From Zygnema circumcarinatum SAG 698-1b (taxonomy: Eukaryota; Plantae; Zygnematophyceae), in assembly GCA_037447605.1 (NCBI GenBank), contig CM074806.1, forward strand, positions 4,898,001-4,962,000: a stretch of 64,000 nucleotides of DNA, in the 5' to 3' direction. Position 1 is the stretch's first letter. Each line of letters begins with the position of its first letter. The notes beneath the pieces were generated by a model. It was not told where the DNA came from. It did no database searches and worked only from the letters and a program-made list of their open reading frames with translations. Made by a program: the position numbers and the translations under genes. Positions 54,401-64,000 of this stretch are shown here, piece by piece.

Positions 54401-56351
54401 GAGCCCAGCCTCTCCACATCCAGCGTCGATTTCTTTTTCTTCTTCTGATTCGTAACGTGTTTGTCCTCAGAGGGAGAAGGCAGTAGAAGTTCCAATAGAA
54501 TGCCCCACACCGCATGCACACGGGGATGGCTACTGGACGAGGCCTGCACGCATAAGCAAGGGAGCCATTCCATTAGAATAGATGACCTAAATTTTGAACA
54601 ATCAGAAGCATTAGCACAATCATGAGCATGCAGGGGGAAGGGGAGAAGGAGAGGCAAGGGGGGGGGAGCTGAGAGAGTTCCAGGTATTATGTGCAGAAAA
54701 GGGTAGACGATAAATGTAAAGAAAAGGCAAGTTAAAAATAGAAAACGTTGCTCAAATGACGGCAGGAGAGAGGATAAAATAGAGAAAGAGAGTGAGGAGC
54801 CAAAGCAAGAGCCACGATGTATCTAGTCCAGTGTGGAGAAGAACTCAAACGCTACTGAAACTAGAACAGTGAACGCATGGAAAGGATTTTCGGCAAGGGA
54901 GTCAACCAAAGAGGTGACAGGGGGAAGTAGATATAGTTAGACACGATCGCATGATTGAATGCGCCAGGCCCAACTCGGTGGAGGTTATGACCTGCACGGA
55001 GATAGGAGGGATGAACATTTGCACACCTTAAGGATAGGAACAAGGCGTTCCAAATGTTCTTTTGAAAAAAAATCGGTCACATTGGAAGTAGTCGGCAGCA
55101 AACTGCATTTAGAATGCACATCATCCGGGAGGCGACGCCATAGTTTTAATGCTAAGAGAAGGTTCTCCGGCGTTGCTTCCTCTGCCGGAACTTGAAGCCA
55201 GTCGATAAGCACGGCAGAATCTGCCAAACATCTTCTCAAAACGCTTTGTGGCAGCTGCAGGCCCAAAACAAGAAGAATTTCTTAAAATCTCTGAAGATGC
55301 AGGTGCATCGCAATACCGGGTCATTACTTCTCTTCATAACTTCAGCCGGGTAAGCTCGCCAATCACATGCCTCGCATGCTCCGAACAGGACCTCTGCAGC
55401 TCACCTGACGAGCCAGCTCGAGGAGCGCCTCCGCCGCGGGCTCCCTGAGGAACGACTTGCGCTGCGCCAGGCGGACGAGGGCCTCGGCGACCTGCTGGGC
55501 CGCCTGCCCCGCTTCCGCACCTTCTCTGCTCAGTCCGCCGGCGCGCACGAGCGCTGCGTAAGCAAACAGTCGTCCAAGGAGAACATCGTTCGTGTCCTGA
55601 ACCCTAACCTCCCTCCACCCGGTCCCGTGAATCCCTTCCAGCTCCAGCAGCTGCAGAGGCTGTCTATCAAGCAAAAAGAATTTCCATATGTGAGTACCAG
55701 AGAAGTCTTACCTGTCCTTTCAGCTTGGCAGAAAGCTCCAAATGCTTCTCAATCAGCGGAAGAACAAACTCAGTTTCCATTCCTTCGACGGAAAGAAGAA
55801 CAGCTGTAAGCGCGAGTGCATATCCTTGCCGCGCACCCTGCAGATGACAGTTTTCGTCCCCGCCCATTGCAAGCGTTAGAGCAGCAGCTTCAAAACCTGC
55901 CAGCAGCAGCAGCAGCAACGGCGGCGGCGGTGGCGGTGGACGCGGAGCTTACAGCGCGGGAGGAGCCGAGCCCGCGGAGGAGGCGCTTGAGCGCGTACTG
56001 CGAGTCCCCTCCGGCCTGCAGTTCGCGCACCAGCGCAGTGGCAGCCTCCTGGCGCCGCGCCGCGTGGGTGGAGGCGAGGTGGTCAAAGATTGCCAGCCCC
56101 ACTGGAGGCTCATCAGAAGCCCCTTCCCCGCCTCCGGCACCATACCCCTCCCCCTCCGCCTCCGCCTCCCCCTCTGCCTCCGCCAAGGCAGCATCCTCTG
56201 CCTCCTTATCGTCCTGGGAGGCAGCCTTCTCCTCCGCCTCTGATCGCACCTCCAGGACCGCCTGCGCCTCAGAGTCCACCTGTCGCCGCCTGCGCTTGCG
56301 TTTGGGGGCGGCGCTAGCAGGCGCAGGCGCGTCGGGCAGGCGCTTGGCCAT
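51475..56351 (-). CDS. MYBBP1A: MYBBP1A / Pol5 (DNA polymerase phi family) nucleolar rRNA-biogenesis protein, multi-exon
   Basis: MAKRLPDAP from 56351; LAIFDHLAS...YALKRLLRGLGSSR|GARQGYALAL, FGRLFAYAALVRAG, KSFLREPA, SSHPRVHAVW, VVDEGLLLSSHERRHLAL, MDVLLDIMLSLLTQPS, DDEAMFRIDGLLA and HFRLRVLGLL. The C-terminus is less certain. Confidence 0.9.
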
Positions 56352-56448
56352 GGCGGCCGTCGGGAGGGCGGGAGGGAGGGAGAGGACAAGGGTGAGCGCG
56401 GCGGCGGAGGAACGACGGCGAGGGGCCCCCGCTGCCGTATAGTCGTCC

Positions 56449-56491
56449 GTACAGCAGCCGTACGACGGTACCTCGAATGGCAGTACAGTAC
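56449..56491. promoter_or_regulatory. Bidirectional MYBBP1A/DnaJ promoter with five GTAC cores in 43 bp
   Basis: GTAC at 56449, 56460, 56468, 56483 and 56488, between the divergent ATGs at 56351 and 56743. Confidence 0.6.
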
Positions 56492-56560
56492 GACGGTGCG
56501 GCGCGAGTCGTATGCGAGCGAGGGCGGGCGAGAGAGAGCGAGAGAGGGGGCAGGGCCGAC

Positions 56561-56730
56561 GGGCGGGAAGGAGAGAGGGAGAGAGTGGGAGGGATAGAGA
56601 AAGAGGGAGGGAGGGAGGAAGGGAGGGAGGAAGGGAGGGAGGGAGGGAGGGAGGAAGGGAGGGAGGGAGGGAGGGAGGAAGGGAGGGAGAGGGTGGAAGG
56701 GAGAGAGGGTGGAAGGGAGAGAGAGAGAGA
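56561..56730. repeat. (GAGG/GAAG)n purine tract in the DnaJ leader
   Basis: gggagggaggaagggagggagg... read directly, immediately upstream of the ATG at 56743. Confidence 0.9.
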
Positions 56731-56742
56731 TAAAGGGCAGCC

Positions 56743-59700
56743 ATGGTGCGGGAGACGGCGTACTACGACCTGCTGGGCGTGCCGCCGACCGCCTCGCAGG
56801 AGGCCATCAAGAAGGCCTACTACGTGCAGGTGCGCGCCTCACCGCCCCTTCTCGCCTGTTGTTCTCTTCTCCTTTGGAGCTTCCGCTCACGCGGCGCGCT
56901 CTGCGTGTGCTCAGGCGCGGAAGGTGCATCCCGACAAGAACCCCAACGACCCGCAGGCAGCGGCTAAGTTCCAGGTGAGCTTTGCGAATTGTGAGGTGCT
57001 TGGCCGCGCCATGGTTGCGGACTGCATGCAGCGCTCGTAGAGTCGTGCGAGCAAGGCATGAAGCATGATGGAAGGAAACACCTTGAAGCGCTACAGGCGG
57101 AGATTCTGGATTTGGAGGAGCTTTCAGGAGCTGGGAAATGCGTATCAAGTTCTCAGCGACCCGAAGCAGCGAGAGCGATACGATTCTGTGGGAAAACATG
57201 GCGTCTCCATGTATGCCTTTCGGCCCTCCTCGCGCCTTCTTTGCATAGTCTATCCCGCATCCATGGTGTGCGCAGGACTGGCCAGCCAGGACTTGTCACT
57301 GGCCTGAGGCCCGCTGCCACTCCCAGAGGCGATGCCGATCAACTGCTTTTCATGATTTCTTAGCTCATTTAGCTTATTTTCATGACGCTAAGTTTGCAAA
57401 ATGATTTTAAGTATGGCTGCAAAAGTCACACAATGTGCAGTTAGTGCATTAGCTACCAGTCCGGTAGCTGATCTTCGGCTAATCCCGTTAACGTCTCCCC
57501 TGAATCTACAGCATCAATAATAGTTTTAAATGAATGACCATGACGTTGACGCGAGTGGCGTTTCATGACATGGCCGCAGGGAAATGATGGATCCGGTGCA
57601 AGTATTCGGAATGCTGTTTGGAAACGAGGTGTTTGAGGAATATGTTGGGCAGCTCCGCCTGGCCACATTTGCCTCAGTGGCCAGTGAAAGCGGTGGAAGC
57701 AGCTATGCGTCTGTAACGCATGGAGGAGATATTGGGGCAGATCCACAGGGGTTTAACATTCAAGATCTTCAGGGAAAGTTGAATGTAAAGCTACTGGACC
57801 ATTCGTCCCTGCTAAGTCTAGTTGTACTGCATTCGTCTACAATGACTTGCTATTCCATAAAGACACGCCATGCCTCCTTTCTCTCATCTGGCTCCCTGAT
57901 TTCGGCTTCGAGTTATTATGGAAATTACGAAGGAGCGTCAGTAGCTTTGGCTGAACTAGCAATCAGCACGGTTTGGGATATGCGGGCTGTTGTTGAAGGG
58001 CCATTGACCCTTAACGTGTGTCATCTGTGCGGGGGATGCTCAGGCCACCCAGACAGAGCGAGTTGGAAAGCTGGTAGAGCAGCTGAGGGAGCGCCTGCAA
58101 CTGCATGTGCTGGGAGCTAGAGAGGGCTTCCAGGCATGGGCCATGGGAGAGGCAGACCGGCTAGCCCACGCTTGTATGTGTGTGACCTTCTTCTCTTCGT
58201 CAAGGAAGTTGCTTAGTGCGTCAAACACCATTTGGTATTGAGGTTTGCATTTATGCCAGCCCTCCAACTCATGCTAGCTTTTTGTGTTTTTGCGTAATTT
58301 GCAGCCTTTGGTGAAGAAATGCTGCAGACAGTAGGATACATGTACGAGCACATAGCTGCCAAGCACCTCGGCAAGAACCCTTCGTACCTCTTTCTGCCAT
58401 ATTTTGCAGAGGTGGTTTTGGAGAAAGCCCATTTAGTAAACACCAACTTTTCTGCAATCGGAGGTGCGCTATCGTCCAACCTTTCCTGCGGAATATCACA
58501 TTCAATTTATGTTTCTGTGACAGGGTCAGAGCGGGCCTATAGTCTTACAGAGTCTGATGTATTGTAGTGGGTCGTCTGATGCGTGGTGCAGGTGCCTTTC
58601 AGCTGATGCAGCTGCAGCTCAGCATGCGCGAGCAATTGGGCGCAGAGCAGATGGATGAATCAGCCATTGGGGCGTATTTGGAAAGCAAACAGCAGAGTCT
58701 GCTGAATTCGTTGTGGAAGCTGAACGTGGTGGACATCGAGCACACTCTGGTTGCTGTCTGCACTCAGGTGGGATGCAGGCCATGCTTGCTGACGGGCTTC
58801 ATGCAGGTATCAGTGGTGGGGAGATCTCGTCCGTTCTCTTCAGTGAATGGCTTCCAAGGCCAGGCAGTGTGCAGTTTCGGGGCCTGCAGCTGCTCGCTGT
58901 GGTGGTGACTGTGCAGCATTCTGAAGAGGGTGCTTTCGGCCTCCCTGCTTGGAGGGGCAGGTGCTAACAGAGCCAGATGTGTCCCAAGAGATTTTACAGA
59001 AGCGAGCGGAGGCGCTGAAGCAACTTGGCATGACGTTTCAGGCACGGCTTATCCCTTTGCTGTGAACATGCGGCATTGGTCAAGATCGCTTACCGTTGTG
59101 GTAGTAATGGCGAGTGAGATTGGTCCCTTTTGTTGAATGAGGGGAGGTTGGAAAGGATAGTGAGGGATAATTGAAGGAGAAGCTGAGCTGCCACATGTGG
59201 ATTGCAGAATTACAAGAACAAGAATCACCACATTGGACGTATCAATGGGGGCTTTCATCCAAGTGCAGCTGCCTCTGAGCGCACTCCCTCTGCGGGCCAT
59301 GGAGGAGGGGTGTTTGGCGGCTTCAGCTTTTTTTCACAACAACACCGGGTGATTGATCCTCTCATCTTCCTGATTTCAGGCACAGCTGTCTATTCCCAGT
59401 TTGCATTTCAATATTGCTAAGAAAGGCTTGACCCTGAACTACGGCATGCATTGTTTAACTTAGCATGTCTGGCTTTTATTCATCGTAGAAGAGGAGGACA
59501 ACGGATCATAGCCTCGTGTTTTCTAGAGTTCTAGAATTATGTTGACGTCTCATTGGTCAATGTGACGGTCAGAGCAGGCAATGGAAGCAGCCTGTTGAGG
59601 TGACACAAGAAGGGACTCTGAGATTGCCTGCTGACATGTGAGCTGTTCATTTTTTGAGCTGCTCTCTGATGACAGTGAGGGGGCGCTTGTCATCTCAGGA

Positions 59701-60742
59701 TGGGAAAGCAGAGCAGGTAAGCGAGGAAACGTCCACTTCTGGGAACGAGGAGAAGCAGGAGAGTGGCGGTAGCAGCTTCTTCACCGCATTTTTCACACCC
59801 GCTCAGGTGAGTCGAATTGCAAGTGCCATGATGTTTATTTCATTCAGCTGAAATTGTTTAAGTTTACACCAGCTTCAACTCCGCTCTTAGGTCGTTTGTT
59901 ATCTGTGAACTATCCTAGCATCAGGTGTATGTCAGAGAAACCAGGTGGCCAGTTATAGGCGAATTGCTGGCCTTTGGATACAATCGTTCCATTCGCAGTT
60001 TTTCTCTGTTGTTTTGTTTTGCGTGGTCCATTATTTATTTACTTGGGCTTCATTGGTGGTTCCAGTTTTATTTCGCGATTGTATTATGTGTGATCTGTTA
60101 GTAGACGATTGAATCATTCTGATTTACAAGTTTTTTCATTCTTCATTCTTTTAATATGTGAAGATTCAACTGTTGGTCCTCTACGTATCGGATTGACTGC
60201 TGAGCATCAGGAATGCAGGATGTTTCGCATTTCTACGAGCATTAGACCTTGCCAGAAATGTTAACGTTGCGCTGTGTTGCGAGGCAGGGAGCCGAAGGCA
60301 AGGGGACGCAGGCGGCAGCTTCCGATAGCCAGAGCAGCGCGGCGCAGTCGTCGGACACCTCTCACGTCGCTGCGAACCCGGCAAAAGGGTTCTTCGACCT
60401 GTTCTCTCCTTCTGTGGTGAGCACTGGAGCCATCCACCTTCTCCTCTCTGCTTCCAAAGGGGTGAGGAATCCCTGCTGCTGTTGTTAAAAGTGAGGCACC
60501 TTTTGTGGTTGTGAGGGCAGAAGCCCAAGGACGGTACAGCTGCTTCAGCCGCTGCCGCCGCTGGGAGCACCTCCGGCACTGACTCTGCGGAGGCGTCGAA
60601 GCCTTCCACGTCCAAAAGCCTGACTGACATCTTCAATGACTTGAAGGTCAATTGGACACAGCCTCCAAAAGCACCCGTTCAAGCGCCTACTCTTAGTTCT
60701 TCGCCGCAAAATCCGACGGAGAAGAAAGTAAACCTGTCATAG
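56743..60742 (+). CDS. DnaJ protein with J domain and DnaJ-X domain (plant ATJ10 / yeast Caj1-Djp1 type) and an extended low-complexity C-tail, multi-exon
   Basis: [13 protein letters not shown]...IKKAYY|[12 protein letters not shown]...FQ|[63 protein letters not shown] and [27 protein letters not shown]. Tail exons are 59208-59348, 59699-59806, 60288-60416 and 60521-60742 (TAG). Confidence 0.9.
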
Positions 60743-61763
60743 AGATGCAATGTAGTGTACAGTGTTTATAATTACTTTGTGCCCGCCGCAGCTGTTGTCC
60801 TGGGCAGGGAGCTGCGCAACCGGGGCTAGATTGGTACATAAGATGATTATTTTCGAAATAATTGAAGGTTGCTATGTCACAGCACTCAAGTGATTTAACT
60901 GGCTTTGGATGCAATTTATCAGCGCACCGCACAGGCGAAGTCCTCTCACTCGCATGGCACGCTTCTTGTAGAGAATGCGTTCTTACTGGTGGAAGCCCGC
61001 CGCCCTCCCGCCCGGCCGGAGCCGGCAGGGAACGGATGCAAAAAGAGCTTGACACTTGCTGCCAACTTGGAAAAGCGCGAAGAGTAATTCCTTGTGAACG
61101 AAGCATCGCGCTCCAACGGAACTGTTCCTGCCCGCTATTGCATATTTTCTGAGTTCTGTCTGCATCTTTTAGCCACATCGGCTGGTCCACCGTGTTGCCG
61201 CCTGCTGCCGCTGTCCTGTGCTCTCCTGTCCGCCTCCGCCACTGCCTTGGGCGCGGCTCTGGCTCGGGCTCTGGCTCTGGCAGGCTCTGGCACCAGGTAG
61301 CCGCCCGCAGGATTTTGCCAACAGACTGCGCAAAGGGAGCTGCACTCGGCACAATGACCGATGCTTCAAGCAATGTGTGAATCAGTTCAGCTGCACGAGC
61401 AACCATTCGAGGTTCCTGACAGCAGTGCAATAAATTGAAGCAGTCTTTACGTTCGAAGTTCTCGTTATGATTTTACTTAATAGGCAGACTCGTAGACACA
61501 ATTGTGAGTCCAAAGTGCCGAGCCAAGGGTCAAAATAGGATAAACTTTTGAAACGGCTTTCGACAACCTTGATGGACGCGCCTTGCTGAAACGTTCTGCG
61601 TGGGAACACCTTTCTTTCTGTTCCATTATTGGGGAGCAATGCAAAACTGGAGACCACCAAAATAGCTGGCACTTTCTTGTGGTGCTGCAAAGGCAGAATT
61701 TGTTCTCAGGACAGTGAGAAGCGGCGAGGACAGCCGGCACTCCGCTGGGGAGCGAGGCCGGCG

Positions 61764-64000
61764 CTATGGGGCCGCCATGGGAAGCTTGGCGAGGTCCGGG
61801 ATCCAAAGCGCGAGCAGGACGGAGGCGCTGGCGAACATGAGGCGGCGCGGGGCCCACTTCACCACCGCGGGGACGCCGGCGTGGCCGCTCCACAGGGCCA
61901 CCTGTCCCCTTCCCATTGAGCCATGAGTCGCTGCACAGACAGACGGCTGCCCAAGAAGGCCAACACTGCATATCTCCAGAAGGTCATCCACAATTTTGCA
62001 AAGGAACCGTAGAACTGCGAAACAAGGAAACTGGACACACTGAAAATTTCAGAGGGATGAGGCAGAACAGGAAAAGTAAATGAAGGACGGGATTTTGAAT
62101 AAATCGATTAAGGGATTTGATAGTGGCATCAGAATCCACAAACAGGAAGGAAAATGTTGGCGAAGTCCTGTTTGAGTCAGACGCGACCTTTCACAGTCAA
62201 CTGCCCTGTGCAGGAAGTGAGATGTAAAAAGCAGGTGATGGCAAGCCATTTGCAGCCTGTTCAATTCCATTTCTAGAATTCTGCAAGGCTGGAAAAATGC
62301 GCAAGCCACTTGAATAAGGGAACATAAAGCTGCACGCACCTGCTGCCCATTTTCTGTACTCCATGCACGCAGGTTACCATCACCAGATCCTGCTGAGCCG
62401 GCGAGTGAAATCATTAGCATCAGAAAGCATGCGGATTGCAACCACAGCCGGCACGGAAAAGAGGCCACACTGCAGCAATGTGCACCTGACACAACGTAGC
62501 GGCCGTCCGGGCTGAAGCACGCCTCTAACGATGCACCGTCTGCATCAGGCAGCAGCGCAAATGTGTGCAGCTGCACCAAAGTCGTATCAGCCTTACAATG
62601 TCGCTGCTGACAATTCAGGTTCATCTCACATACGAGTCCCGTATTATGGACAGATAAGCAGCAGCATTATTCTGCGGAAACAATTCAGGAAGACCATTTG
62701 TGCAGTAGATGTGTTCTTGGATGTATCAAGAAGCCAAGCGTGCTAGTCATATGTGTGCCAATTCACCTTTCTCCCCGAGTATGCATCGAGTACGTAGGTT
62801 CTGCTGCTGCTGGTCGACAGCAGCATCATCTTCCCATCATTGCTAAATTTAATGCCTGTAACCTCCGCAGTGTCGCCACCGACCAAGAAGGTGTCGAACG
62901 GTCCCTGCAGGTTCACAAAAAGAGCCTTAATGTCTTACTTTGTCGTTAACAATCCCACAACGCTTGGCACAGTGCTGGCTATCAAATTTAAGCGGCCAGG
63001 CTCTTCAATCGTTACCAAGAATGAGAATATATCATTCGACAGACAAGGCAGCTGCCTTCGAGCAATAGAGTAATTTTCCCATCAAGTGAGCATTGGCTTT
63101 CTAGTCCCAAATCGAAGAAAAACAGAAACACAAGTCCTCGACTGACCTTATCATACGATCGCACATCAAAAAGTTTGATAGCTCCCCCCTCCATGGCCAC
63201 GGCGAACACCAGGCCCTGCTGGTCGTACGCCACAGCAGGCCGCCCACGCACTCGCATTTGCCCCTGTTGTCACACAGGCGCTTCTCAGGGCCCCGACCTT
63301 TGCACAACATTCTGAGCGAACAAGCATCCATCGTTCGAAGAATGCGATCAGTCTCTGAGGTGATGAGCTGCACCTGACATGCATTGCTTCTTAGGTCCCA
63401 GAGGCGGACAGTGTGATCCAGCGATCCAGACATGAAGGAATCGTTCTTGGGCGACATGCAGAGTGCCACAACTCTGCAATCCACAGACTCATCAATCAAT
63501 CAATCAAACAATCAGCATTTCATGAACCAGCTTGGCCCTCAAAACGAAGGAAGGCTTTGTATCGAACTACTCTACTTTTCCAAAGAGCAAAGAATCTACC
63601 GCACTTCTTGTGACAAGAAAATCAGCAGCAATCAGAGGCAGAGAAATCGTGCAAAATGCTGCTCAATTCAACTGAAAGAAAAATGACTTCTAAATGACAA
63701 ACCACCAATACAGTATGTCATTTATCAGGGATGAGAAACAGAAAGTGTCACATCGTTCAGATTTTCTAGCAGGGAGACCCACTGCTGCTTCCCGCAATGA
63801 CTTCTTCCTGCGTGTGGCAAATCAGCAGATGCACACTGCTGCCTACAGTCGAAGAGCTCACCTTGTCCAACAGCAATTCAGTGATTATCTCACCCCTTAT
63901 GCAGTGCAATAACCAATTTTACGATATCTTTTGTCTAAGGAGGAGTCATAGCACAAGTTTTTCTCTTCTTTTCTTCTCAAAACAATGAACTAATGTAAGA
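61764..64000 (-). CDS. WDR82: WD40 protein WDR82/Swd2 (COMPASS and 3'-end processing), 5' part beyond the window
   Basis: [34 protein letters not shown]|[39 protein letters not shown]|[15 protein letters not shown]...|...[10 protein letters not shown]|[10 protein letters not shown]|...[14 protein letters not shown]...WIP, with the stop at 61764. Confidence 0.95.

Overview
Eukaryotic, intron-rich nuclear DNA with GC-rich exons and plant-like protein sequences; most likely a streptophyte (charophyte-grade) green alga, which is an inference from sequence style. I reconstructed about 13 protein-coding genes by hand from translated exons and splice sites: RBBP6/Mpe1-like (5' truncated), an intronless tandem double-kinase, a GT61 glycosyltransferase, cereblon, sphingosine kinase, DPH6, LCMT1, UBE2W/UBC16-18, plastid-type phosphoglycerate mutase, RIO2, MYBBP1A/Pol5, a DnaJ/DnaJ-X protein and WDR82/Swd2 (5' truncated). 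Three pairs are head-to-head. No rRNA, tRNA or CRISPR array was seen, and there is one 10-N assembly gap. Most notable: (1) a recently duplicated CAMK/CDPK-type kinase whose second copy has substitutions concentrated in the catalytic and activation loops (kinase-pseudokinase candidate); (2) dense GTAC/CCGTAC clusters upstream of several genes; (3) a ~27% GC stretch with an open protein-like frame inside a MYBBP1A intron; (4) a multi-exon DnaJ tail with repeated FF motifs; (5) an apparent 1-nt frameshift at the likely LCMT1 start. Exon boundaries were placed by eye and are approximate.
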